From Callorhinchus milii (taxonomy: Eukaryota), in NCBI RefSeq assembly GCF_018977255.1, contig NW_024704743.1, positions 49,292,001 through 49,356,000 of the forward strand: a stretch of DNA of 64,000 bases. Reading direction: 5' to 3'. Position 1 is the first letter of the stretch; each line of letters begins with the position of its first letter. The notes below the pieces were generated by a model. The model was not told the DNA's origin, ran no database searches, and saw nothing but the letters and a program-made list of their open reading frames with translations. The position numbers were made by a program, and so were the translations under genes. Positions 27,901 to 40,899 of the stretch are shown piece by piece.

Positions 27901-30900
27901 CACAGTATGAAAGTGTCATTGATATTCTGTCGACTCACAATCTCTTCTGTATGCAGTGTTCCAATCCAATGCAACTAAATTGTATCATAAATTGTAGTGC
28001 TTGTTCATTCATTAAAATGGAATAAAAGTAGACTGAGTGCATGCTCTGCAGTTTTGCACATTTCAAAAGTTGTCAATACCTTTCAATCATGTAGTGCAAC
28101 TACATAATTATCAATTGTAGCATTTTATTGAAGACCCAAATTAATAGCAGACTTAATGAAGTGCAAAATGCTATGTTTAAAGCATTCAAATGCAGAACTG
28201 GAAAAATCATCTGGTCATAATTGTAAAGCTAAAAAGAGAAGCTTAGAGAAAATATCCTGTATATTCCTGTGAAAATGACAGTTTGGGAAAGTAGATGTTC
28301 AGAGGAAAAAAAATGAGGCCTGATGCAAGTCCAAGCTCATCTAGGGTTCCAGTTAGGCTGGTTTAACCCTAGGCATGACTCTGTGAAACATATTGAAGGG
28401 AGCAAAATAGACCCCATTGAATCCGATTGGCTATAGACTAAAAATAAAGAGTATGCACTAATGGCAATGGACTATACTCTGTCCAGATAGAAATAACTGT
28501 GAAACTAGCAACATTACACAACAAATTTTACACGGATGTTTTTGATGTGTGCATCATTAAATATTAATAATCTGTGCAATAAAAGTTTTTTAACTGCAAA
28601 AAGCACAACCATTCCAAGCTAGTTGCAGAGTGCAGTGAATCAGCAAGGGATTAATTCTATGGAAATTAATTATTTCTTGAACTTTCTCCTTTTGTAAACG
28701 ATTGGTAACAATCCCCCAAATTAAAAATTGGTCATTTGTTTCATGGCCGTTTATCGGATATTGATGTTCACAATTGTGCTGCCGAATTTACCTACAAATA
28801 GTCACTCCATTTCACAGTAAATCTTATAAAGCGCTTTGAGATGTCCTTCCAAAGTGATGTCGTTATACCAAATGCAAGGATTATTATTATTGTTATGATT
28901 TATCTAATAGGATACTTTTATATATTCAAGATTCAATAATCGTTGAATTTAATTATGGTTCCTCAGCATTTCAAATTGCTGCATGGGATTTTATTGTAAA
29001 GTGTACATTTGAAGGTGCAGCCAATGTTGTGCACAAGTGTCCACAAACGTTATGAAATGAATGTCCGATTTTTTTCTAGGGGATTGTTGGCCAGACACCT
29101 TCTCTTTTTGAACAATGCATGGGATCTTTAACATGCACCTGAAAAGGCAGACAGGGCCTAGGTTTAGCATCTTACCTGAGTGATGGCACCTCCAGCAATA
29201 TAGCACGACCCCGGCCCTGTACTGGACTCTTAGCCTAGAGTACGAGTTCAAAGTCACGGTATAACATGGGGCTTGAAACCACAACCTTTGGACTCGGGGC
29301 AAGGCTGACCCCATATACACTTCCTATGATATTGTGTTGAAAGATGAAAGATTTGCTAAGAAATTATGAAACAATCTAGTGTGTTGGCTGTTCACCTAAA
29401 ATAAACTTCTTAAAGAGCTTTATAGAATGAGATTAATTAGAAATGAAATTAATAAGAGGCAGATAAGGCAGCTAATTTGCCCCAGCAACAGTTTGCAAAT
29501 AACAATGAGATGCGTAGCAAGATTATTTAATTTGGGGTGGGATATTGTTGTGGTTGTTGTTGCTTAAAGTTCCTTAGTTATAGTCTTTCTGTCTTCTCTC
29601 TAGAACTCATCCTAGATACTCTCCAACTCACTCACTCACCTAATTCAAGGTCCATCACCAAGACGTCCTTCTTTGACCTGCTTTTAGTATATTTTTCCCT
29701 CCCCACTCCCTTCGGCTCCCACGCCTAGCTGGGTGTCAGCCAGTCCTGTTAAGCACCTCAGGACATCATCGTGACATGAAAGGCGCTATATAAATGTACA
29801 TTTGTTTTATGAATTATTCATAAATCTGTTATGCAGATTTCAAGCAAATTCTCCTCCCCCTAAAAAAGTGTACAGAAAAGTGAAAGTGTTTTATTTTCCC
29901 CCCATTCTGTTTATTTCTATATAAAATACAATTTTTTGGTCTGGTTCCTTCCTCTACTACAAATACAGCATTAAAAAAAATCATGTTTCACTTAATTCTC
30001 TGAATATGTTCTGATCTTTCTTCCTTCCGATTCTGTTTTTAAGGACCTTGAAAACATATAAAACTATAAGCAAGCAAAAAAAAACTTCTTTGTAGCCTGT
30101 AGCTATTTGTACTTTGTCATTAACATGCAAAGAGTTAGTTACCTCAAATATTTTTGGTCAGCCAGATATCTGACAAATGTGAAAATCCAGCACTTTGCTA
30201 AAGAGTATCCAAACCAAACTGAGAGTTATATAATAATAATAATAATAATCCTTGCATTTGATATAGCGCTTTTCACGTCGGGAGGACGTCCCAAAGCGCT
30301 TCACAGAATATACTGTAAAGTGAATTGACTGTATATTTGTGGGTGAACGCGGCAGCCAATTGCGCACAGCAATGTCCCACAAACAGTCGTGGATTGAAAA
30401 TGACCAATTTATTATTGTTTTTGGTTTTGGAGGGAATATTATTAGGCGTGTGGAGTAAGGAAACTTGCCCAAGGTTTCACCCTGCCTGGAATTGAACTCG
30501 GGTCTCTTGCTTGCAAAGCGAGTGCTCTAACCACTGAGCTACAGGACTCCACGAATTGGACTCCAGTTCAATGCATCCCACCGATATAAGGAAATTTCAT
30601 GTTTGGAATGGAATGTGCACTCTCTCCACGGAGGGACACATCCTGCTTACCTAATTCCAGACAGTAATAGACACAGGCTAGTAAGAACCAAGACCTGGGG
30701 CCTGCAGAATGTGTGCTGGGGTACTGCTGGAGTTTAACCAGCTAAAACCGCATTACTTGTGAATGCACTGACTGGCAAACTTTCCTGTTGCATGTTCAAC
30801 GAGGCCAACCCTATCTCTTAGGGCTTTGGTTTGACTGGGAAGAATACCTGCCCCCAATGACTGCTCTGCCCTTCCAAATGCTACCGATGAGCCAGGCTGG

Positions 30901-33900
30901 CTTAACTGCTAACAGCCATACCCTGGAGTACTGCCGATCTGCCTGGATCAGGATCTGGACTACCAAGACCACTGTAGAGGGTTGGCTCGACTAGTTTCCA
31001 AATAAAATGATTTCATCAAGTATTTAAGTAATTATTCCATCATTAAATCCAGAATAATCAAAGCCAGGCTTTTTTTTTAAAAAAAGAAATCCCTTAGCTA
31101 ATTGGTCCTTGTCTTCTTCAGGTATGGAGACCATTATGAATGGAGTAAAGTAACCTCTTGTATACACAATATCCTGAGTGGACAGCGATGGATAGAACAT
31201 TATGGTGAAATTTTAATAAAGAACAGGAACAGCAGCATTTGCCAATGCAAGTTGACATTTGTCAAGGTATGAACAGATTTTTGCTCTCTTCCTTTCAGGG
31301 GACGTCCTGAAACAACATTCCTAAAGGCATAATAATAATTATTATTGCATTTATTATTACATTTATTTATTAAATTGGTATAAGTGTGTAAAGCAGAGGA
31401 TTTTGCTGTGTTGTCAAGAGATTATTTCTGCATATATGTCCTTCATTCATTCACCGGAGCAAGCCTATATTTAGGTTTGAGCACACTGCACTCCAGAAAT
31501 ATTTAACCTACTTTGTTTCTATACACATTCACACTGCTAACTTTTTGATTTTCAATTCAAACAAAATTTTATAACAATTTAGCATCTTGTGGATGAAATT
31601 GACAGCTATAAATGCTTCATCGTTCATTCTGTTTTCATATCGAAATGCAAGAAAAAACTGTAGAATGCAAGTCTTACTTTCAGACAGGGACACTTGACTG
31701 CATTTTTTTTATCAATTCACTAGACCTCTTTTGTTAATATAATCCCTATATTGGGATTTATTATTCACATTGTTAAATGCATATATACCCAGGGGACTGC
31801 AAATGCCCTTAACTTTGCAAGTGCAAATGAGTCAGTTCTCACACTGTTCTTTGATGTTTTAGGCAAAATATTGGAACTCAAATGTAAATGAGGTTGAAGG
31901 GACCATAATGGATCAATATGGGAAAACAGTGCAAAAACTGTTTGGAAAATGGCACGAGGGTATATATTGTGGCTCACCCCCATCAGCAACTTGCATCTGG
32001 AGACCAAGTGAGTACCTATGTTAAGTATCTCATTTCATAAACTAATCATTCACTTTATGGCTGCTTGTGATACGTTGCTGTGCCCCAGTTGGTTGACCCC
32101 TGTCCACCTACAAAAAGAACAATATACTTTCAGAAAAATAGTTATTTGCCATGTTGTAATTCAGATTGATTCAGATGCGGTTTATCTTCCTGTTCAGTTG
32201 GTTGTTAATGATCCCATGGCACCATTCAAGTCCTAACAACTCTGTGCCTAAAATAAAATTATTTCTCTAACTACAACATCTTGCATTTATATTGCGCTTT
32301 TTAAGCCGAGTAGCATCCCAGAACACTTTACCTTCACGAATACCTTAAAACTATTTCCTCTAGTTACTGATTCCCTCACCAGTGCAAATAATTTAATATT
32401 GCCAGAAAACGTCATTATTTTAAAAATATCTATCAGGTCTTCTCTCAACCTATTTTTCTCTCGTGAAAACAGCCCAAATTGCTCCAGTCTCTCCTCGTAA
32501 GTAAAACCTATCATCCTGGCAAATCGCTTCTGCACCCCTCTATGGCTTTGACACCCTTCCTATATTAAGGTGCGCAAAGCTAGACTAAAATTCCATCTGC
32601 AGCCTAACTAGTGCGTCATGTGGAATCCTGTAGCTCAGTGGTTAGTGGCGAGAGACCTGGGTTTGATTCCCGGCAGGTCGAAACCTTGGGCAAGTTTCCT
32701 TACTCCACATGCATGATGATAATCTCTCGAAAAGAAATATGAATAAAAATAATTTGGTCACTCAATCCACGACTGTTTGTGGGACACTGCTGTGCGCAAT
32801 TGGCTGCCGCATTTCGCCCGTAAATATACAGTCAATTCACATTACAGTACATTCTGTGAAGCGCTTTGAGATGTCTTGAAGATGTGAAAAGCTCTATATC
32901 ACATGCAAGGATTATTATTATTATGGCTGAAATTCACCTGTTTATGTTTTGCCCGCCTAATTGTAAAATCTAGGATTTTATTTCCTATTTTATACTTTGT
33001 CATCCTACCTTCTCCCTAATTGTTCCATGTTATATTGTATTTATGTTGCATATGTTTTGTTGTTCAAACCTTTAGCAATTCAAACAAAAATGCAGGAATG
33101 TGAATTGAAGATCAGCATAGATTTCTGTGAATTTTTACTGTTCTGTAGTTCCAGAAGATTGCTTCAGATTTAGCAGCTGTAGAATCCTAAAATGCAAGGA
33201 CACATCAGCTGCACGTATGGTCAGCAATTCACTCAGACTATGATTGTTTTATACTTGCACACGCATATGTGCACATACAAACGCAAACATTCAGATATAG
33301 GCTATAAAAAAAACACCAATAGAGGTTTGGACTTTATATCCAGCGAGATGGAATATAAAAGTGAAGAATTTCTACAAAACCTTAGTTAAACCACACTTTG
33401 AAGTCCAATGACACTACACTCCACACTATGAAAATGATATAGCATTGATGGAAAGAGTACAGCAAAGGTATATTTGGATGATACCAGGACCTGATAGGAT
33501 ACTGTTACTGTATCAGGACAGACCAGATAGGTTAAGCCTTTTTTCGCTACAGAGGGCACTCTAAAATTATAGAAGGGTTTGATAAGGTTAGCTGTTTCCA
33601 TCGGTTGGGGAGTCCATAACCATGGGACACAAGTACAAGACAGCGATTGGAGGATCTAAAAGAGGATGTAGGAAGAACTACTTCATGCAAATTTTGGCCT
33701 GAAATCTTATTAGGTCGAGGAAGCTAGCTACTCATATTGTGTGTAAACCACATCACCTAGCCGCTTAGTCAAGGAATCGTCTTTTTAATAATTCTTAAGA
33801 AAAATATAATAATAGGTATTAACAGAAACTTATTCTTTTTATGAGGTCTTGGTATGCCCTGTCTGAAATGAAGAATGATCTGTATATGAGTCCATATGAT

Positions 33901-36900
33901 TCATATGATGCCCTGATTCACTTTCAGTGCTGCTTTGCACAGTCTATGCTCTTATTTTAATGAGAGGTCTGATGTGCATCGTTAAGTATCTGGAACTTCT
34001 GAGCTGGCAATCTCATCATGTGGAAAAGTGCAAATGTAACTTGAGTCTTGTCAGCGTGGGTAGCATATTGCAGTATCAGGATCCTGGGCCACCCTATACA
34101 TTCATTTGTTTTCCCCTCCTCTTTGCAGATTCTGTTCCAAAGGAGTTTGAGCAGTACTACGGCCTGACTAAATTTGCACTAGAATTAAATGAACTGCACC
34201 CTGATTTGAAATCAAGCCTGCCATCCACTGACACAAGGTTTCGGCCTGATCAAAGGTACTTCAAAGATTATAATAGTGTAAGAGTAAAACAGCTCTCTTT
34301 ATTACTCAGTTTTTTCATCTTAATTTTCCTGTTTTCTCTCTTTCCCTTTTCTTTCCTTACTTCACCTCTCCTGTATACTGAGGTGAGAAACATCAGATGT
34401 GGATTTACATACTCTTTGCTTTGGTATCATTGACAGTGAAGGTGGTCTCTGTGCCTAGATTTTCTAGATTGAAGCTTTCTCCTTTGATCTTTTTCTTATT
34501 TTTTTAAAACAAGTTTTGTGAGTGCTGAACTGCAACATAACAACAAATTACATTTGTACAGAGCCTTTCACGTTGGGAGGATGTCTCAAGGGGCCCTGAA
34601 TCTAACTACTTACGACATCTGTAATGTGTTTTTTTTTCCTTCCTCCTCCTCCTGTTCTGAAGATAGTGATTCATGTTTGGAGTATAATTTCACTGGTGCG
34701 AGCAATCATCTAGCAGCTCACCTAAGCACCCATTCATAATGTGTCATCTTAATGTGTGAGCAGGATATTTCAACCATGGGAAGTCGTACAACTGAGCCCA
34801 ATTCTTTCCTAATCTGATAGTCACACACCACAATTCTTTACTTTTTCCTACCTGGAGGGTGCTGAGGCCGTTTGTGGTTCTGACACAGTTCCATTGGCTG
34901 AAGACATTGTACTTTGTTTTAGAAAAGAAAATCCATCCCTAGAAGTTAACATAAGTGAATTTTTTCCAATACAAAATTTAATGTATCATATTTTCAGGCT
35001 AGATTAATTTGCAATTATTCTTGCTGATTCAATATGTGTGATATAATAATGCTTACGTTGCGCCATACACTTTCTGCTCATAATTTATCATAATTCTTTT
35101 TCTACTCTTATTATAAGTTCTATATTTTTATTTTATATTACTTTTTAAACATCAATTTTATTCTAATCTATTTAACCATGGAGCCTTTGATTCATGTCCT
35201 TTACTCACAGTAGGAATGGATTTAACCTGTATCATTCATCTCGTACTTAAATATGTACTGCTCGCTGTTCTCCAAGTAATTTATTTGGCTTAGGTCTCCC
35301 TTCATCCCATTGTCATAATTGAGTTCCTGCAATTATCGTACTTGACTCTAAAGCCAAGGTCTCTAAAATATTCCCCAACAATCACACAAATAATAGTAAT
35401 GTATTCTGTTGCTAGGTTTCAGCACAGAGAACGCCCACATACTCTCAATCATTAGAACATGGGGGAAGACCTTTCATTGTGAGATTTGTTTTTGGCTTCT
35501 GTTTAGAAGATCCAGGAACTTGTCTGATTCATACAATGTGACATCAGTGCTGTATCTTGATTATATTTTCTGGCTCCAACTTTTTTTTCTCTCTTTGTAT
35601 GTTTCACTGACTTGACAGAACAATTAAACAAAACTTGCCTTTATGAGTGAGCCTTCACTTGTCTACGCACAAGAAGTAAATAAGGTTATACCAAATCAAG
35701 TGCTTTTTATTCTCTGGTGACTTTTATTTCTCCAATGTTTACCTCTGCTTTTCCACGTTTTCTTACCTCTGTACTTCTGTGCTCTGCATTTTTTTCTTTC
35801 TTTCTCCCTTTCATGTTCTGTTTTCATCATAGGATCATAGAAATTTACAGCACAGAAGGCAGCCATTTGGTCTATCAAGTCTGCACCGGCTCCCAGAGCA
35901 AAGTATTCCATTCAATCCCACTGCCCTGCCTTAACGCCATACTCCTTTAAGCCTTGATCTTTCATATACCTGTCTATTTCCTTCTTGAAACCCACAATGG
36001 ACTCTGCCTCTACTAATTTACTTGCCAGGACATTCCACATCCCAAGAGCTCTCTGAGTGAATATCTTTTGTTATTTTGTCATAGCTATTGCCCTTGTCAC
36101 TGGTGCCAATTTCTCACTCTTTCTGTCCGTCTCTCTCTCTCTCCATCTCTCACTTGTGTTTTTGCGCTCTGGGAGCCTGCTGCCCAGTCCCTGAGATAAT
36201 TGGTTTGATTTCATTTTGAACATCATGTGTCTCTGATGCCACATGTGCCTCCTCGTCCCATATCATTAGCCCACTGTTTCTCCATGAATAACTGCTTGCT
36301 TCTTCTCATCTCATAGCAAGAGCCATGGGATTTATGTCAAATGACGGAATATCTCTCTGCTCATCACAGGGAATAGTTTCAGAATCCCAGTTTACTTCCA
36401 CCTCCTGTCATGTTTCCTGACTCTTGTGAATACAGATTAGTCAACGTTTATCGTGAGGTAGGACAGAATGGCAGGTTGGGTTCTTATATCACAAAAGTGA
36501 AGTTCTTTTTGTGTCTTTCCTTCCTGGGTCTGATCAAAACTCTGAATCTGTTTGGGGTGGGAAGAATTGCATGTAAAGTGATGCAAGAACAACAACAATG
36601 GGCCTTATATAGAGCCTTTCAAGTAGGTTAATGGCTCAAGTGCTCCACAACAGAAAAAACTGCATTTATGTAGCACCCTTCACACAGGGAAGTGTCTTGG
36701 AGCTCTTCGTGGCAGTGGAGCTTTACAGGGAATGTTGCAGATCAGGGTAGAAATAAGGTGGGTTTAGGTTGACCACAGTCTAGTAGGTTTTTAGAAGCAT
36801 TTTCAAGGCACAGAGAAGGTAAGGTAAAAAGGGATTTGAGAGAGATCTTTGGCGAGTGGGGCAAAGTGGCTGAAAGCTCTGCTACTAATGTTGGGACAGA

Positions 36901-39900
36901 GCGGAGAGGAATGAGAATTGAAGTTTGGAAGAGGGAAGAAAGTTTTCTTCATTTTCTCTGTAGTTTAGCTCCACCTAGTGAATGTTTGTAGAAATATTTT
37001 GGTAAAATAATGAGTGAGAGTTCCATTTTACCGAACTTCCCATTATCAATGGCCAAAGAATATCAGAAAAATGCCAGATTTCCATGTGTTACCATGCAAT
37101 TGAATTCTGGTCTGAAATAAAGTTTGTTGATTCTGGTGCAGGATGGCAATGTTTGTAATTTTTTTTACCCTGGTTCTGGTCCATTACGTTCAGACACCCA
37201 AGGTAGCTGATAAAAGGTTTGATTTGATTGTAAGATTGCATCAATGAGGTAACTGATGAAAGCTGACTGACTGCATAGAAGCTTTCATCCTACAGTGTTT
37301 TCCCTATTCCATTAGACCTCAATATATGGTGCCATCTAATTCTCAATTACATTGATTTCCACTCAATGAAAAAAAAGGATGTTCCACTTTGTGAGGTTAT
37401 AACCATTAACTCTTATTGTTCAGCACAAGGATGGATTAATGCAAAGGTAAAAGATTGTTTATATTTGATGACCCTGTGAACATTGCTGTTAGCCAAGACT
37501 CTGCAACGGGCCTTCCATTGAGCACCATAAAGATTGGAAAGAAAGATAAGTTGAGGAGCAGTGGTTAAAATGACATTTGACACTTAGTTTCTTATCAACA
37601 ACAATAACAACTCTTTGAAGCGTCTCAGAGCGTTATCAGTGCATCAGCATTGCATACCTCAATATTTCAACGAATAGCCAATCAAAAGAATCACTTTATA
37701 TTCAGAATACATCATGGTGGTTTGGTGCCTCCCATTTCTGAAAATGTTTATTAACCTCGTCACTGAACACAGCTTGCCTCAAAATATGCAAATTGGGATG
37801 TTGCTACAAGTGGCCACTCATCGCTAATAATAGTCACTCATCGCTAATAATAGCCAGTCCTCTTGAGCGTTATATTTAGAACTCTGCAAGATACGTTTGC
37901 ATCCAGATATTGCAGCACCTTTAACAGTCTTTGTACTGTTTTTAGAGCACCGTGTCTTGGGATTCTACCTTATCTCAGATGATGATTTTTTTTATTTATT
38001 TGATAAAAATGTACTTTGTCTACTTGAGATAAAGACTGTTGCTGCTGTGTTCTGATAGGATTAGAGGAGACAAAGAGTTACTTTACAAGTCTTGTCTCCC
38101 AAAAGACATGCATCCAAATGTACTCATCTGTATGAATAGATTTTCAAGGTGTACTGACAAGGATTACTCCACTGAGAATGCCTTCACTGTGATTTGTTTT
38201 TTGTCGTTTTGTTAGAATGGAGGCAAAACAAAAATGTTGTCCTTTGAAAATAGTTTATTTGTTTCGCTTCAGCAATTTGTTATTGTCAACCTATTTTGAA
38301 AGCTAATGTGATCTATAAAAAGAAGGCTCTGTCCATTTGCATTTAAATATAGTGAATCCTCACTTTGGTCTTTCAAGCTAGAAACACACGAGGTGATGTT
38401 TCATCTTTTATTCTGTAAAATTCATTCTCCTACCAGTTACACACAAAGGAAGTAGTGTAGGGCTGCAAAAACATGCTTAAGATATCTTGGAAGTGTTCAT
38501 GCTCGCATTATCATAACCTTTCAGTTATGGAGTCCTGTAGCTCAGCGGTTAGAGCACTCGCTTTGCAAGCGAGAGATCTGGGTTTGATTCCCGGCAGGGT
38601 GAAACCTTGGGTAAGTTTCCTTTCTCCACACATCTAATAATAATCCCTCAAGAAAATAAGATAATAATAAATTAGTATTTCAAATCACGACTGTTTGTGG
38701 GACACTGCTGTTCGCAATTGGCTGCCGCATTTCGCCCACAAATATAGAGTCAATTCACTTTACAGTCTATTCTGTGAAGCACTTTGAGATGTCTAGAAGA
38801 TGTGTAAAGCACTATATAAAATGCAAGGATTATTATTATTATTAAGACTGTACAAATGCTTCTCGTCCTTCAGACACAAAGCACTCTCTCCATCCCCTCC
38901 CCCCCACAAACACTTCTCTTTGCTGTTATATGTCTCTTGTTTACAAATTAAAAGATAAGTAGTTTTAAGTATGGCCCTTTTTAATATGAGTTGCACTTTC
39001 TTAAAGCATGTTTTAAAACTCCTTAGATTCAAATGGCTTCTTAATGTTTATTTCATCTTTGCTTCAAAGATATTTGGAAGAAGGTAACACTGAAGCTGCA
39101 GAGTCCCAAAAGGAAAGGATTGAACAACTTCAAAGAGAAAGGAGGCGAATTCTTGAAGAAAACAACATGATTCATCAGGCTCGGTATTTTAGGTAAGTAA
39201 GTTAAATTTAGGTAAATTTCCGATGTAAATTTGGTTCTCACAATAGACATTTTATATTATAACGATAAGAATACAGATACTAGAGAATTTATTTAAATTA
39301 CTTTTTACAAAATCATTGCAGGTGTGCCCTTTGGATTAAATTTTACTGCTTAATTTTAACACCGAAATACATATAACTGCTTATTTTTATGTTAGACTGT
39401 GTCCCCTTAGTAATAAGCTGCACAATTCCCAATGATATTGACACTAGTACAAGAAACTTATTTACTTCCAAATACATGAACAATATAAAATTATACTGCT
39501 ATAATTTTTTTAAATATCCATTACATCCTTTGAGCAGTCTCTATCTAAATGCATATTGAACATACCCCAAGTTAAATTAAAATGTATGTATGAGTAGTTT
39601 TGTCTCCAGATACTGCTATCACAAGTGAGTAATCAAAGCAGCATTAAGATTTCTCTCCAGAATTACGTGCAAAGGACCTGATATTGAAACATTGCCAGAG
39701 TAGCTATTAGTTCTGGATTTTTGCTCTGGATACGGTCAGCTAGAGTATCTGAACCCTTGTAAAGTATCTGAATAAAAATAATAATAATCCTTGCATTTGA
39801 TATATGCCTTATCATGTCGTTGAGATGTCTCTTCGCAGGATATACTGAAAAGTGGATTGATTGTATTTTGTGGGCAAAGCAGCAGATCTGTGGCAGCAGT

Positions 39901-40175
39901 GGAGATGAATTAGCATTTTATTTTGGTATCTCATCTTGTCAGATCTCACGTTGCATCTATTTAATAATTACTTTAAAAACATATTGTATAAATGTTTTAT
40001 CTTTATTTGAATGAATAAGTTTCTGTATTTTAATCAAATTGATCACTTAAAATATGTCATTTTTCATAGACAATCTCATGACGTTGGTAAAGAATCTTGG
40101 ATCAGCACAGAAACCTACTGGGAGCTTCGAAAAGACCCAGGCTTTGACAAGCTTGAGTGCCCACTGCTTTGGTGA
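762..40175 (+). CDS. OSBPL3: OSBPL3 (oxysterol-binding protein-related protein 3), 3' part; 14 coding exons joined; PH-domain exons lie upstream of the window
   Basis: Spliced frame is open through all 14 GT-AG exons with matching phases. It contains [20 protein letters not shown] motif [29 protein letters not shown] signature EQVSHHPP and C-terminal [15 protein letters not shown]. Adjacency to GSDME favours OSBPL3 over OSBPL6/7. Confidence 0.93.
2730..3270 (+). mobile_element. CR1 LINE 3' fragments (two adjacent degraded pieces)
   Basis: gatttaattgaggtatt (GDLIEVF-like); aggaaacatttctt..cagaaagt; CR1-type tail gggccgaatggct. Confidence 0.7.
3704..3837 (+). CDS. OSBPL3: OSBPL3 exon ([10 protein letters not shown]...GLKNALST)
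   Basis: ttgttag| acceptor, |gtaagc donor, 134 nt; matches recalled human VYFTLRSAFN...GLKNALSS. Confidence 0.92.
8308..8415 (+). CDS. OSBPL3: OSBPL3 exon ([19 protein letters not shown]...GPVK)
   Basis: ttatcag| acceptor, |gtgggt donor, 108 nt, phase 0-0. Confidence 0.9.
10027..10375 (-). mobile_element. DeuSINE-like SINE, degraded
   Basis: gcagcactccctcaggactgcactgatgtcagcc; tail aaagaacttgcatt. Confidence 0.7.
16950..17480 (-). mobile_element. L1-clade LINE ORF2 C-terminal fragment (zinc knuckle)
   Basis: MHHFI...ISTIYLRL...LQGRWE...DWD...NKITEAN...[17 protein letters not shown] resembles the fish L1 pattern CWRxCGxxGTLxHxFWxC. Confidence 0.7.
19194..19331 (+). CDS. OSBPL3: OSBPL3 FFAT-motif exon (QQDLTQ...[10 protein letters not shown]...[18 protein letters not shown])
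   Basis: CAGCAG tandem acceptor, |gttagt donor, 138 nt; canonical FFAT core EFFDAxE. Confidence 0.93.
19500..19865 (+). mobile_element. Ancient SINE resembling AmnSINE2 (family name tentative)
   Basis: caggtttgattcctggtctgtg; atcagccaggtttcctgat; cactcagtgtctaggctca; ccttcaagagaggagagg. Related copies ~11910-12060 (+), 34625-34890 (-), 45850-46080 (-). Confidence 0.55.
19988..20081 (+). CDS. OSBPL3: OSBPL3 exon ([21 protein letters not shown]...)
   Basis: ggcag| acceptor, T|gtaaga donor, 94 nt, ends phase 1. Confidence 0.9.
23413..23663 (+). CDS. OSBPL3: OSBPL3 exon (...[11 protein letters not shown]...[15 protein letters not shown]...PFERM)
   Basis: aaaaag| acceptor after a T-rich tract, |gtaaat donor, 251 nt; start of ORD. 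Confidence 0.93.
24693..24830 (+). CDS. OSBPL3: OSBPL3 exon (VFVAAFAVS...[12 protein letters not shown]...AEQ)
   Basis: ccacag| acceptor, |gtaatg donor, 138 nt; KPFNP motif. Confidence 0.95.
25712..26064 (-). mobile_element. tRNA-derived SINE, long form
   Basis: Reverse complement of the same family including the internal segment. Confidence 0.88.
26145..26208 (+). CDS. OSBPL3: OSBPL3 exon ([21 protein letters not shown])
   Basis: ttctag| acceptor, G|gtaggc donor, 64 nt; OSBP fingerprint. Confidence 0.95.
26310..26570 (+). mobile_element. L2 LINE 3' fragment
   Basis: [18 protein letters not shown]...[14 protein letters not shown]. Confidence 0.8.
26848..26926 (+). CDS. OSBPL3: OSBPL3 exon ([26 protein letters not shown])
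   Basis: tttcag| acceptor, |gtgagt donor, 79 nt. Confidence 0.95.
28990..29310 (-). mobile_element. DeuSINE-like SINE
   Basis: Reverse complement aligns by eye with 223-610 (CWRCH...[10 protein letters not shown] pseudo-ORF). Confidence 0.78.
30150..30990. repeat. Unclassified ~650-bp dispersed repeat (interrupted by a SINE)
   Basis: Shared blocks tggaatggaatgt.cac, tgcttacctaattccaga, cctgcccccaatga, gatgagccag.ctggc with 1870-2505 (same orientation), 12560-13195 and 21640-21805 (inverted), 43020-43070 (end only). Confidence 0.75.
30230..30552 (-). mobile_element. Young tRNA-derived SINE, full length (short form)
   Basis: Head gtggagtcctgtagctcagtggttagagcactcgc with A/B boxes; (TTA)n tail; CpGs largely intact. 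Confidence 0.92.
31122..31266 (+). CDS. OSBPL3: OSBPL3 exon ([29 protein letters not shown]...FVK)
   Basis: cttcag| acceptor, |gtatga donor, 145 nt. Confidence 0.95.
31863..32007 (+). CDS. OSBPL3: OSBPL3 exon ([13 protein letters not shown]...FGKWHEG...CIWRP)
   Basis: ttttag| acceptor, |gtgagt donor, 145 nt. Confidence 0.95.
32340..32610 (-). mobile_element. CR1 LINE ORF2 C-terminal fragment
   Basis: [40 protein letters not shown]...ESVTRG. Confidence 0.88.
32620..32923 (+). mobile_element. Young tRNA-derived SINE
   Basis: Same head and tail; small deletion in the head. Confidence 0.9.
33290..33690 (+). mobile_element. Degraded CR1 LINE fragment
   Basis: [14 protein letters not shown]; gggagtccataaccatgggacacaagtacaag; aggaagaactacttca. 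Confidence 0.75.
34129..34255 (+). CDS. OSBPL3: OSBPL3 exon ([12 protein letters not shown]...[13 protein letters not shown])
   Basis: ttgcag| acceptor, |gtactt donor, 127 nt; TDTRFRPD motif. Confidence 0.95.
35830..36100 (-). mobile_element. CR1 LINE 3' tail fragment
   Basis: catagaaatttacagcacagaaggcagccatttgg; cattccacatccca..ctctctgagtgaa. Confidence 0.7.
38527..38842 (+). mobile_element. Young tRNA-derived SINE, full length
   Basis: ggagtcctgtagctcagcggttagagcactcgc...gcaaggattattatt. Confidence 0.92.
39070..39192 (+). CDS. OSBPL3: OSBPL3 exon ([26 protein letters not shown]...ARYFR)
   Basis: caaag| acceptor, |gtaagt donor, 123 nt. Confidence 0.94.
40070..40175 (+). CDS. OSBPL3: OSBPL3 last coding exon (...[27 protein letters not shown])
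   Basis: tcatag| acceptor; TGA at 40173-40175. Confidence 0.94.
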
Positions 40176-40727
40176 AAGGTTACAACAATTATTGGGCACC
40201 AACACATCCATTCTTTGTTTCAAGACTATTTTCTTTGGTTTATTAGTAATCTCTTTGGAACAGATGTGTATTGTCAAACACAAACACTGATGAGTCATCT
40301 GTAGTTGTCTTTATAAATCAAGTGGTGACTTGTATTTATTTATTTTAAACTTATAAAGGCATTGAATATGCAGTTTTATGCCTTAACAGAAAGTACTGGA
40401 TCTAAAATTGATGTAACGTTGCTTCAAATATTTTATATACTGCAGGGTTTGGTTATTTACAAGGAAGCACAAAAACGTAGATGTGCAACATATGCAAATA
40501 TATCATGTATTTATTGCTTATAAAGCATATGAATGTTCTATATAAATCTTATATAGAGAGAATCTTATAATATGCCTTTTACATTCCTTTTCATAAAGGC
40601 TTTCAGAATGCTTTCAACATTGAATTTATTTAAAGTTTAGTACTGACCGCTTTAAAAGGTGATAGCATGTATACAAGATATATTATAAAAGTCTCCTGTA
40701 CAAATTAAGTCACGTGCATTTGGTCTG

Positions 40728-40733
40728 AATAAA
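40728..40733 (+). terminator. Candidate OSBPL3 polyadenylation signal (AATAAA)
   Basis: AATAAA ~550 nt after the stop in AT-rich 3'UTR-like sequence; further AATAAA near 41923 and 42112. Confidence 0.4.
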
Positions 40734-40899
40734 ATATTCTAGTGTCATCCAGGCAAACCTTTTCTACAATGAAACTTGTCCTGAAGCCTGAGAACTCAAA
40801 TTTTCCTCTGTTGCTTTCTAGTGCAATGCCTACCAAACAAATGTCAAGCTGAGCTGTAACCAAATAGATTTTTGTTCTCGGTCTCTCTTTCATTTCATC

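Noticed and set aside
38527..38605. tRNA-like sequences with A/B boxes (also near 30480, 54160, 58920)
   Set aside because: They continue directly into SINE bodies and (TTA)n tails; these are SINE heads, not tRNA genes.
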